Origin: Anaerolineae bacterium
GTDB taxonomy: Bacteria > Chloroflexota > Anaerolineae > 4572-78 > JBHHXL01
Assembly (NCBI GenBank): GCA_046757065.1
Contig: JBHHXL010000002.1
Span: forward strand, 1-59,114
Length of the DNA: 59,114 nt
Reading direction: 5' to 3'
In this document: piece after piece, positions 16,660 through 25,191 of the stretch
Numbering within the stretch: the stretch's first letter is position 1
How the letters are laid out: each line of letters begins with the position of its first letter
Notes under the pieces: generated by a model
What the model was told of the DNA's origin: nothing
Database searches by the model: none
The model's input: only the letters and a program-made list of their open reading frames with translations
Program-made: the position numbers and the translations under genes

Positions 16660-19070
16660 AACAGGAACTCAAGGTCGTTGGAAAACCGCTGCCGCGCGTG
16701 GACGGCTATGCCAAAGTCACCGGCCAGGCGGAGTTCACGGTTGACGTCAACTTACCGGGTATGCTGCACGGCAAAATCCTGCGCAGCCCCCATCCCCATG
16801 CTCGCATCCTCAACATCGACACCAGCGCCGCCGAACGCCTGCCCGGTGTGAAAGCGGTGATCACCGGCCGCGATACGGCGGATATGCGCTATGCCTTTGT
16901 GGATACGCCGCGCTATCCCGCCGACGAGTACCCCCTGGCTCAAGACAAGGTGCGCTACATCGGCGACGAGGTGGCCGCGGTGGCTGCGGTGGACCTCGAA
17001 ACGGCTCAGGAGGCGCTTGACCTGATCCAGGTCGATTACGAAATCCTGCCGGCCGTGTTCGATCCGTTCGAGGCTATGAAACCCGAGGCGCCCGCGATCC
17101 ATGAGACCCAATACGAAGGCACATCGATTTGGGAAGAATGGGGCGCGAAGAAGACCCGTCGCTCCCAGGCGAACGAGACGGTCAATAATGTCAGCGGGCG
17201 CACCGTCATCACCTATGGCGATGCCGACGAAGCCTTTGCCTCTGCCGACTACATCCGGGAAGATCACTTCGAAACCAGTTCGACGGCTCATTGTGCCCTG
17301 GAACCCCACGCTGCTGTTGCCCACGTGGATCCGAACGGCCAGTTGCACCTGTGGCTGTCGAGCATGGGCATCTATTACAAGCGTTACGTGATCGCCAAGG
17401 TGCTCAAAATGCCCACCAGCCAGGTCCGCCTGCACAAAGTCTACGTCGGCGGCGCGTTCGGCGGCAAAATGGACGTCTTCCCTTACGAAATCTGCACCGC
17501 AATCCTGGCCCAAAAGTCTGGCCGGCCGGTCAAGATCGAGTTAACGCGCGAAGAGGTGTTCACCACAACCCGCATCCGCTTTCCTACCTACATTGATATT
17601 AAAACCGGCGTAACGCGCGACGGGCGGATACTGGCCCAACACATCCGCACCGTCGTCAACAACGGCGCGTTTATGGGCACCGGGCCGGTGGTGGTATTTC
17701 TGTTCCACGGCTGGACGGCCCCGGTCTACCGCGTGAGCAACATGAATTACGAGGGCGTGTCGGTCTGGACAAACATTCCGGTCGGTGGTCCGCAGCGCGG
17801 CCATGGCGCGCCCCAGATTCGCTTCGCCATTGATTCGCAACTCGATATGATCGCCGAAGACCTTGGCCTTGATCCGGCTGAGATGATGCTGAAGAATGTG
17901 CGACGCATTGGCGACGTGCTGCCCAACGGCGACGTGCTGAAAAGCTGTGGTCTCACCGACTGCATCAAACAGGCTGTGGCCGTCTCCGGCTGGAAAGAGA
18001 AGCGCGGCAAGCCGGGCAGCAATCGCGCCGAACGCGGCCAGGGGACAAAACGGCGCGGGGTCGGCATTTCCACCACCACCATGATCTCCGGCGCGCCGTA
18101 TTATCCCTTTGCCTCGGCCGGTATTGTGCAGCTCGACGACGACGGCGCGGCGACCCTCATTTCGGGCGTCGTCGAAATGGGACAGGGCGCTGAGACGACG
18201 CTGGCGATGGTGGTGGCGGAAGTGCTTGGCCTGCGCCTGGAGGATATCCGCATCGTCTCCGGCGATAGCGAGCAAACACCGGTCGATATGGGCAGCTTCC
18301 TGAGTGGAGGCGCGCTCGTCACCGGCGACGCGATCCGGCTCGCTGCCGAAGATGCCAGAAAGCAATTGCTGGAAATCGCCTCGGAACGGCTCGATGCAAT
18401 GGTCGAGGAACTCGAGTTGAGCGATGGCCGGGTGTGTGTGCAAGGCCGGCCTGATCGTTGTATGACCATTGGCGAAGTCGTGCGATACAGCATCAAGGAA
18501 AACGGCCAGCCTATTATCGGCCGGGGGTTCCGCAAAATCCTGACTGCGGCCGAGCACTACCCGAGCCTGGCCAAGGGCACCGGGCGCTGGACGGACGCCT
18601 ATGGCTTCAACGCCCAGGTGGCCGAGGTCGAAGTGGATACTGAGACCGGCCAGGTCACCCTTATCCGCGCCACGACTTTTCACGATTGCGGCCAGCCGCT
18701 CAACCCCCAGATCGTGGAGGGGCAGGTTTGCGGCTGCGTCTCGACCGGGCAGGGCCAGGCGTTGACCGAGCAACTCATTCTTGAAAATGGCCGCGTCCTG
18801 AACCCCTCCTTCGCCGACTACCGCTTGCCGATCACGCTGGACACCCCCGATACTGCCGGCGATGCGGTTGATTCGTATGAGCCGGCCGGCCCGTTCGGGG
18901 CCAAAGAGGTAGGCGAGGGCGTTCTGGCCCAGACGTTGGCCGCCATCGCCAACGCCGTCTACGATGCCGTTGGCGTGCGCATCACCAGCCTGCCCATCAC
19001 CCCGGAAAAGGTGCTGGCAGCGTTGGAGGAGAAAAAGGAGCGCGAATCCTATGCCACTCAGAACCGGTGA
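16656..19070 (+). CDS. Xanthine dehydrogenase-family molybdopterin-binding large subunit
   Basis: 804 aa from the ATG at 16656 (ATGA overlap with the small subunit). N-terminus [17 protein letters not shown], and the GGAFGGK motif. Confidence 0.9.
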   Translation: MKQELKVVGKPLPRVDGYAKVTGQAEFTVDVNLPGMLHGKILRSPHPHARILNIDTSAAERLPGVKAVITGRDTADMRYAFVDTPRYPADEYPLAQDKVRYIGDEVAAVAAVDLETAQEALDLIQVDYEILPAVFDPFEAMKPEAPAIHETQYEGTSIWEEWGAKKTRRSQANETVNNVSGRTVITYGDADEAFASADYIREDHFETSSTAHCALEPHAAVAHVDPNGQLHLWLSSMGIYYKRYVIAKVLKMPTSQVRLHKVYVGGAFGGKMDVFPYEICTAILAQKSGRPVKIELTREEVFTTTRIRFPTYIDIKTGVTRDGRILAQHIRTVVNNGAFMGTGPVVVFLFHGWTAPVYRVSNMNYEGVSVWTNIPVGGPQRGHGAPQIRFAIDSQLDMIAEDLGLDPAEMMLKNVRRIGDVLPNGDVLKSCGLTDCIKQAVAVSGWKEKRGKPGSNRAERGQGTKRRGVGISTTTMISGAPYYPFASAGIVQLDDDGAATLISGVVEMGQGAETTLAMVVAEVLGLRLEDIRIVSGDSEQTPVDMGSFLSGGALVTGDAIRLAAEDARKQLLEIASERLDAMVEELELSDGRVCVQGRPDRCMTIGEVVRYSIKENGQPIIGRGFRKILTAAEHYPSLAKGTGRWTDAYGFNAQVAEVEVDTETGQVTLIRATTFHDCGQPLNPQIVEGQVCGCVSTGQGQALTEQLILENGRVLNPSFADYRLPITLDTPDTAGDAVDSYEPAGPFGAKEVGEGVLAQTLAAIANAVYDAVGVRITSLPITPEKVLAALEEKKERESYATQNR

Positions 19071-20481
19071 ACAATTCCTTGAAAGTTTGCGTGATGGCCG
19101 TCAGGTGTACATCCTCGGCGAGCGCGTTGAAGATGTAACCGCGCATCCGGTGTTGGGGGTTCCAGCGCGCCACTCGGCGCTGGAATTCGACCTGGCGCAC
19201 AAGCCCGAACTGTCTGATTTAACCCTTGCCACTTTGGAAACGACCGGCGAATCGGTCAGCCGCTACTACCAACTTCCCCGCACCCCGGAAGACTTGCTCA
19301 AGCGCCGGGATTTGATAGAGTACGGCTCTGAACTTGGGCTGTCTATGCCGCTCTTCATCAAGGCAATTGGTAGTGACTGCTTGAATGCCCTCCATCTCAT
19401 TTGTGATGCCCTGGACCGAGATCAGGGCACAGATTATTCAACGCGTGTCGCCGATTATCGTAGCTACTGCGCCACGAACGACCTGGCGCTGGCCGGGGCC
19501 ATCACCGATGTCAAGGGGGACCGGTCCAAACGGCCCTCGCAGCAGGCCCATCCCGACTACTACGTGCGCATCCTGGCCCGCCAGGCGGACGGCATTGTCG
19601 TCAGCGGCGCAAAGACCAACATCACCGCAGCCCCCTACGTGAACGAGTATGTCGTGCTGCCCACCCGGGCGATGGGGCCTGACGATGAAGACTTCGCCGT
19701 TTCATTCGCCGTGCCGGTGAACGCCCGGGGCGTGAAGGTAATCGCCCGCCCGGACGGGGTCAAGAACCAATTTGATTTTCCGCTCAGCTCGCGCCATTTC
19801 CACATCGAGGGGACGATCATCTTCGACGAAGTCTTCGTGCCCTGGGAGAGGGTATTCTTGGCCGGCGAATGGCGCTACGCCGGCGCGCTGGCCAACACCT
19901 TCGCCACCTGGCATCGCTTTACCGGCCTGGCCTACAAGGGCCCGGGGGCTGACCTGTTGCTGGGGATGGCGCAGCTCATCGCCGAGTACAACGGCGTGGC
20001 CGGGGCCTCGCATATCAAGGCCAAGATCACCCAACTCATTCAGTACGCCGAGACGATCCGGGTCTTCGCCCGTGAAGCGGCCCGCGAGGCCGAGTATTAC
20101 GCCGGCCTGGCCTGCCCCAACGCTTTGCTGGCGAATATGGGCAAGTACATCTTCGCCAGCGGCTGGCACGATGCCATCCGCGCGGTGCAGGAGATCGCCG
20201 GCGGGACGACCGTGACCGGGCCCTCGAGCCGCGATTTTGAAAACCCGGAGACCCGTGACTACATCGAGCGGTATTTTGGCGGGGTGGATGGCGTCCCAAC
20301 CGAGCACCGGCTCCGCGCCTTCAAGTTGATTATGGATATGACGGCCAGTGAATACGCCGGCAACTGGTCCCTGGCCACGCTCCACGGCGAGGGTTCGCTG
20401 GAAGCGCAGCGGCTTTCGATGTACCGGCAATACGATATTGAACGCTGTGTGAAGCTGGCCAAGCAGGCAGCGGGAATTTAG
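19051..20481 (+). CDS. 4-hydroxybutyryl-CoA dehydratase / HpaB-family protein (AbfD-like)
   Basis: 476 aa from the ATG at 19051. AITDVKGDRSKRPSQQAHPDYYVRI..GIVVSGAK and HGEGSLEAQR closely resemble AbfD as I recall it. The Cys ligands of the AbfD Fe-S cluster appear to be absent. Confidence 0.8.
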   Translation: MPLRTGEQFLESLRDGRQVYILGERVEDVTAHPVLGVPARHSALEFDLAHKPELSDLTLATLETTGESVSRYYQLPRTPEDLLKRRDLIEYGSELGLSMPLFIKAIGSDCLNALHLICDALDRDQGTDYSTRVADYRSYCATNDLALAGAITDVKGDRSKRPSQQAHPDYYVRILARQADGIVVSGAKTNITAAPYVNEYVVLPTRAMGPDDEDFAVSFAVPVNARGVKVIARPDGVKNQFDFPLSSRHFHIEGTIIFDEVFVPWERVFLAGEWRYAGALANTFATWHRFTGLAYKGPGADLLLGMAQLIAEYNGVAGASHIKAKITQLIQYAETIRVFAREAAREAEYYAGLACPNALLANMGKYIFASGWHDAIRAVQEIAGGTTVTGPSSRDFENPETRDYIERYFGGVDGVPTEHRLRAFKLIMDMTASEYAGNWSLATLHGEGSLEAQRLSMYRQYDIERCVKLAKQAAGI

Positions 20482-20505
20482 TGAAGAAAGGTTACTACTC
20501 AGGCT

Positions 20506-21408
20506 ATGTTTCAACTTAGCTCACAGGAGATTAGAAAGGAAACAACTTGCGTGAGCCAAAACGCTAAATCGAAACTGCGCAACGTTGGAAAGTACTACCA
20601 GTCCGGAGACTGGAGCGATTATTGGCGCACGGCCATCAGCTACGTGGCCCCCCAAAAGGTGCTCATTCGGGGCTACCCCATCGAGGAGATTTGCGAGCAC
20701 CTGACCTACGCCGAGATGTGCTGGCTGACCATCCGGGGTGAGTTGCCGACGCAGGCGCAGGCGCGGGTGATGGACGCCCTGCTGTGCTGCATGCCGGATC
20801 ACCAGTTTGTGGCCTCCCACACTCCGGCGGCGCGCTTCACCGCCTCCGCCTTCCCCGAATCGCCCATTCCCGGCATCGCCAGCGCGGTGCTCACGATGGG
20901 CTCCAACACGGTCTCGCCCCAAGAGTCGGCCAAGATCATCCTGGCCGCCTGCGAATTGATGGAGTCGGAGGGCCTGAGCAAGGAAGACGCCGCGCGGGAG
21001 ATGATCAAGCGTTATCTCGCCGCCGGGCGGCGCATCCCCGGCCTGGGCCACCCGACTCACAAGCACGATGACATGCGCGCCTCCGCGCTGCGGCGGGTTA
21101 CCGAGGCGCAGGGCTTGTGGGGCGAGAAGTGCCAGGTCTACGAGTGTATCCACCGGGCATTCATCGAAACAACGGGCAAATCCCTGCCGATCAACATTGA
21201 CGGGATGATGGCGGCGGTGATGACCGAACTCGGCTTTGACCCGCTGGAAATGGCCGGCATCGGCGCGCTGTCTGTTCTGCCCGGCGTCATCGCCCACGTC
21301 GTCGAAGAGATTCGCGAGGGTGTGCCTCTGCGCATCATCCCCGATGAGCTGGGTTCGCAGTACACCGGCCAACCTGAGCGGCATTTGCCGCATACCCAGG
21401 AGACCTAG
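20506..21408 (+). CDS. Short citrate-synthase-fold protein (citryl-CoA-lyase-like)
   Basis: 300 aa with GLGHPTHKHDDMRA (compare GFGHRVYK..DPR), NIDG and PGVIAHVVEE. The HGGA histidine segment is replaced by MGSNT. The start is uncertain. Confidence 0.7.
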   Translation: MFQLSSQEIRKETTCVSQNAKSKLRNVGKYYQSGDWSDYWRTAISYVAPQKVLIRGYPIEEICEHLTYAEMCWLTIRGELPTQAQARVMDALLCCMPDHQFVASHTPAARFTASAFPESPIPGIASAVLTMGSNTVSPQESAKIILAACELMESEGLSKEDAAREMIKRYLAAGRRIPGLGHPTHKHDDMRASALRRVTEAQGLWGEKCQVYECIHRAFIETTGKSLPINIDGMMAAVMTELGFDPLEMAGIGALSVLPGVIAHVVEEIREGVPLRIIPDELGSQYTGQPERHLPHTQET

Positions 21409-21855
21409 ATGTTCACCGTTCGCGGCTTCAACGACGTCGACGTCGGCCACACCTTCAGCCATAGCGTCACCGTGACCGAGGCCCATCTGGTCCTGGCCGC
21501 CGGGCTGTTTGGCGACTTTCACCCGCTGCACACCAACGAGGAGTATGCCCGGCAAAGTCGCTTCGGCCACCGCATCACCCACGGCCCGTTGAACGTTGGC
21601 ATTATGGCCAGCGTGCTCGGCAATTACTTCGCCGGGGCTGCCGGGCCTTACCTGGAGCAGGTCGTTCGTTTCAAGGGGCCTGTAGCGCCCGGTGACACGG
21701 TGACCACGACCTGGAAGATCGTTGAAAAAATCCCGAAAGCGAAACTCGAAGGCGGTATCATCCGCCTGGAAGTGCAGATGCACAATCAGGATAAGGTATT
21801 GATTCTCGAGGGCGAGGGCAAGATTATCTTGTATAACGATGCCCGGCCAAGGTAG
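21409..21855 (+). CDS. MaoC-like (R)-specific enoyl-CoA hydratase/dehydratase
   Basis: 148 aa, hot-dog motif GDFHPLHTNEEYA..FGHRITHG. Confidence 0.85.
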   Translation: MFTVRGFNDVDVGHTFSHSVTVTEAHLVLAAGLFGDFHPLHTNEEYARQSRFGHRITHGPLNVGIMASVLGNYFAGAAGPYLEQVVRFKGPVAPGDTVTTTWKIVEKIPKAKLEGGIIRLEVQMHNQDKVLILEGEGKIILYNDARPR

Positions 21856-21861
21856 GTTCTC

Positions 21862-22386
21862 ATGGAGTTCTGGGAAGTTTTGCAAAAACGCCGTAGCGTC
21901 CGGGAATTTGACCCGGAGCGGGATGTTCCGTTGGAGTCGATCAATCGGCTGTTGGAAGCGGCTATCCTGGCCCCGACTGCCGGGGATCGCCAGCCCTGGC
22001 ACTTTGTCATCGTTCGCAAACCCAGCGTCAAGGAAGCCATCGCCCGCACAGCCCTGCGTCAGGATTTTATCGCCACTGCCCCCGTCGTCATCGTCGTCTG
22101 TGGTGAGCCTGAACGGTCCGGGGCGCGCCGGGGCCAGGAAATGGCCGAGCTCCATACGGTCCAGGATGTTTCCGCAGCGGTGGAGAATATCCTGCTTGCG
22201 ACCACCGACCTGGGGCTTGCCTCATGTTGGGTCAGCGCCCTGCGAGAGGATGAGGTGCGCCAGGCGCTCGACCTGCCACCGGCTTTCCGGCCGCTGGCAA
22301 TTGTTCCCATTGGGTTTGCTGCCAGACGACCGGGGGCGCGCCCCCCACGCCGGCCGGTAGACGCCGTAACGACCTTTATCGACTAG
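21862..22386 (+). CDS. Nitroreductase-family flavoprotein
   Basis: 174 aa with RRSVREF and APTAGDRQPWHFVIV. Confidence 0.85.
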   Translation: MEFWEVLQKRRSVREFDPERDVPLESINRLLEAAILAPTAGDRQPWHFVIVRKPSVKEAIARTALRQDFIATAPVVIVVCGEPERSGARRGQEMAELHTVQDVSAAVENILLATTDLGLASCWVSALREDEVRQALDLPPAFRPLAIVPIGFAARRPGARPPRRPVDAVTTFID

Positions 22387-22389
22387 GTA

Positions 22390-22505
22390 ACTACTCAGCC
22401 TTAAGGTGCGACGCACTTCATTTGCACCAAAACCGTCGTTTGCTTACCGCATCAAACTGCAAATCAGGGCGATTCCGGGCACGAAGTGCGTCGCACCTGA
22501 GTAGT
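22390..22505. repeat. Inverted-repeat intergenic element (ACTACTCAG..AGGTGCGACGCACTTC arms)
   Basis: The 5' arm is AACTACTCAG-CCTTAAG-GTGCGACGCACTTC and the 3' arm is GAAGTGCGTCGCACCTGAGTAGT. The 5' arm carries a 7-nt CCTTAAG insertion. Same arm core as 58874-58957. Confidence 0.6.
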
Positions 22506-22536
22506 ACTCCTTCAAGGTGATTATGATAAATTGTAG

Positions 22537-22569
22537 GTCACGTTTTTAACGTGACTGTCACGCTAGAAT
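22537..22569 (+). promoter_or_regulatory. Candidate operator (GTCACGTT-TTT-AACGTGAC plus third GTCACG half-site) abutting a TAGAAT -10 box
   Basis: 19-bp palindrome at 22537-22555, an extra half-site at 22557-22562, and TAGAAT at 22564-22569. It lies 31 nt upstream of the aldolase ATG. No good -35 element. Confidence 0.35.
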
Positions 22570-22599
22570 TTCAACCGTTGACGGGAGACATTAACCATT

Positions 22600-23394
22600 A
22601 TGCTACAAGACAAGACCAGACGGATGCGGCGCATCTTTCGCGAAGACGGGCGGGCCGTGATTATCGCTATGGAACACGGCGCGTTTTTCGGCGTCCAGCC
22701 CGGCTTCGAGAATCCCAGAGACGCAATCAGGCAGGTGATCGCCGGCGGCGCGGATGCGATCATGGCCACCGTTGGCCTGGCCAGGAATTTTGCCGAGGAA
22801 CTGGCCCCGGTCGGGATGATCCTGCGCGTAGATGGCGGGGTGACGCGGCTGGGATCGCGCATCTGGCGCGGCAACCTGGTCTATGGAGCGGAAATGGCGC
22901 TGCGCCTGGGCGCTGATGGGGTGGTGGCGATGGGCTTCCCCGGCTGCGAAAACGAAGACCAGAATTTGAAGTACCTGACCGATCTCATCGAGCAGTGCGC
23001 TCGCTGGGGCCTGCCGGTGATGGCTGAGATGTTGCCCCGGGGCTTTGAAGGCGGCGACGATGCCCGCGCCCCCGAGACAATGCGCATGGTGATGCGCATC
23101 GGCGCCGAGCTGGGCGTTGACCTGATCAAGACCCAGTACACCGGCGACAGGGAGAGCTTTCGGGCGGCCACCGAAAGTTGCTTTGTTCCCGTCGTCGTTC
23201 TGGGCGGTTCTAAAGTAAAGGACGACGCCGCCGTGTTGCAAATGGTGCGCGACTCGATAGACGCCGGTGGCCGGGGTGTGGCTATGGGGCGCAACATTTG
23301 GGGCCACCGGCATCCGGCGAAGATGACGGCGGCTATTGTTGCCATCGTCCACGACGATGCATCGGTCGAAGAAGCACTCGCCTTGCTTGGTTGA
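22600..23394 (+). CDS. DhnA/LsrF-type class I aldolase (DeoC/LacD family)
   Basis: 264 aa with the Schiff-base lysine context VDLIKTQYTGD, and VVVLGG. Confidence 0.8.
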   Translation: MLQDKTRRMRRIFREDGRAVIIAMEHGAFFGVQPGFENPRDAIRQVIAGGADAIMATVGLARNFAEELAPVGMILRVDGGVTRLGSRIWRGNLVYGAEMALRLGADGVVAMGFPGCENEDQNLKYLTDLIEQCARWGLPVMAEMLPRGFEGGDDARAPETMRMVMRIGAELGVDLIKTQYTGDRESFRAATESCFVPVVVLGGSKVKDDAAVLQMVRDSIDAGGRGVAMGRNIWGHRHPAKMTAAIVAIVHDDASVEEALALLG

Positions 23395-23407
23395 AAGAAG
23401 GGGAAAA

Positions 23408-24460
23408 ATGACATCCAACGGCAAAATGCGACGGGCTCTTCTAACAGGCCCAAGACAGATCGAGTTCGAGGAGATTCCTGTCGGCCTTCCCGCGCCGGAC
23501 GAGGTGCTGGTCAGGATACACTCCTGTGCTATCTGCACCTGGGAAAAACGAGCTTACACCGGGGCCGACCAGCGCTTCTACCCGCTGCTCGGCGGGCACG
23601 AGATCTCCGGCGTGGTCGAGGCTATCGGCGAGGACGCCGCAGACGACCTGGAGGTGGGCGACCACGTCTCGGTTTCCGGGCTGACCCGCTGCGGCAAGTG
23701 CTATTCGTGCCGCATGGGGCGCGACAATCGCTGCGATAACACCTGGCAAAAGGGCTTTAAGCCGGGCACACCCATCGGCCCGGGCGGCCTGGCCACGCAC
23801 AAGATGGCCAAAGCTTACCAGGTATTCAAAGTGCAGGCAGATACCGACCTGGTTGAGGTCTCCCTGGCGGAGCCGCTGGCCTGCGTCTTGCGCAGCATCA
23901 AAAAAGCGCGGGTTGAGGCGGGAGACTTCGTCGTCGTCGTCGGTAGCGGCGTGATGGGGGTTTTGCACCTGATGCTGGCGAAAAGGCGCGGGGCCACGGT
24001 CATCGTCAGCGAGCCGGACGAAGGTCGCCGCCAGCGGGCGCTGGACTTTGGCGCCGATCACGTGCTCGACCCTGCCGAAGACGACCTGGTTGAGCGCGTC
24101 AAAGAGATCACCGGCGACCGCGGCGCACAAGAGATTTTCGACGCCGTCGGCCGAGGCCCCATCCTGGAGAGCGCCATCGGCGCGTTGGGCAAGGGTGGGC
24201 GGCTGCACGTTTACGCCCGCGTCTATCCCAAGGGCAGCACTATCAGCATCGACCCGAATATCTTTCACGAGAAAGAGATCGTCCTGACCGGCACGATGAG
24301 CCAAAGCCGCGAGGATTATCTACAAGCAGCCGAGATGATCGCCCGCCACGCCATTGACCTGCGGCCAATTATTTCGGGGACTTACCCGATGGATCAAATG
24401 AAAGAAGCGTTTGAGGCTTCGACCCGGTTGGAGAATTACCGCATTGTCGTCACGATGTAG
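23408..24460 (+). CDS. Zinc-dependent medium-chain alcohol dehydrogenase
   Basis: 350 aa from the ATG at 23408. GHEISGVV, structural-zinc Cys cluster CGKCYSCRMGRDNRC, and VVVVGSGVMG. Confidence 0.85.
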   Translation: MTSNGKMRRALLTGPRQIEFEEIPVGLPAPDEVLVRIHSCAICTWEKRAYTGADQRFYPLLGGHEISGVVEAIGEDAADDLEVGDHVSVSGLTRCGKCYSCRMGRDNRCDNTWQKGFKPGTPIGPGGLATHKMAKAYQVFKVQADTDLVEVSLAEPLACVLRSIKKARVEAGDFVVVVGSGVMGVLHLMLAKRRGATVIVSEPDEGRRQRALDFGADHVLDPAEDDLVERVKEITGDRGAQEIFDAVGRGPILESAIGALGKGGRLHVYARVYPKGSTISIDPNIFHEKEIVLTGTMSQSREDYLQAAEMIARHAIDLRPIISGTYPMDQMKEAFEASTRLENYRIVVTM

Positions 24461-24482
24461 CTTATGGCACAAGGCCATTTCT

Positions 24483-24616
24483 AATGGGTGCATTCAATAT
24501 TCAGTTGGGAAGTGTACCTTCGGCAAACAAAGTCCTGCGTACTTTGCAGGCTGTTAGTTTGTTCGGCAGGGACAAGCTAACAGCTTGTCCTACAACTCAT
24601 TTTGAACACACCCATT
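24483..24616. repeat. 134-bp element with imperfect terminal inverted repeats, carrying the GGACAAGCT-AAC-AGCTTGTCC module
   Basis: AATGGGTGCATTCAA (24483-24497) against the reverse complement of TTGAACACACCCATT (24602-24616) matches at 13 of 15 positions. The interior aligns with the core of the 107-bp elements at 28276 and 58967. Confidence 0.55.
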
Positions 24617-24741
24617 TCTAATCACCAATTGGACTCTGGCGAATCGAGGAGTGAGCACGCCTACGTGCGAACGGTCCCATGCGCGAAGCGTACGGCACGT
24701 GGGCATACCTTACTCCACAAGTAACGCTCGCGGAGGCGTTG

Positions 24742-25191
24742 ATGGACACACCTTTGCTACTCCTGGACGCAACCCAGTGCGTCGAATGTGACCTGTGCTC
24801 GCTGGCCTGTTCCCTGGCCAAGGTCGCGCAGGCAGACGTCAAGGTTGCGCGCGTGCGTATCGTCAGGCACTGGCCCGATTATCCTGACCTCAACATCTGC
24901 CGCCACTGGCGTTGCGATTCCAAGGCGTGCATTGACGCCTGCCCGCCGGAGGCCATCGAGCTGGAGGATGGGGTGCTCTTTATCGACCCCCATCTGTGCA
25001 CGGGATGCGGCGAGTGCATTCCAGCCTGTCCCTACGGCGCGATCCACATGAACGAGTTGGACTGGGTCGCCGTCGCTTGCGATCTTTGCGGGGGGGCGCC
25101 GGCCTGCGCGCCCGCCTGTCCCACCGGCGCGCTGGTTTTCGAGGCCAGCCTCGAGCCAGGTCGAAAGGGAGACAGCTATGTTCACCAGTAG
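24742..25191 (+). CDS. Poly-[4Fe-4S] ferredoxin-like subunit (AorA-like)
   Basis: 149 aa from the ATG at 24742, with a GGAGG RBS. Four Cys clusters: CVECDLCSLAC, CRHWRCDSKACIDACP, CTGCGECIPACP, CDLCGGAPACAPACP. Confidence 0.8.
   Translation: MDTPLLLLDATQCVECDLCSLACSLAKVAQADVKVARVRIVRHWPDYPDLNICRHWRCDSKACIDACPPEAIELEDGVLFIDPHLCTGCGECIPACPYGAIHMNELDWVAVACDLCGGAPACAPACPTGALVFEASLEPGRKGDSYVHQ

Noticed and set aside
15284-19070. Calling the molybdoenzyme a CO dehydrogenase (CoxMSL) or 4-hydroxybenzoyl-CoA reductase.
   Set aside because: The large subunit shows the generic GGAFGGK hydroxylase motif, not the CODH VAYRCSFR loop. The FAD subunit lacks the Cys-rich Fe-S insertion of HcrB. The substrate therefore remains unassigned.
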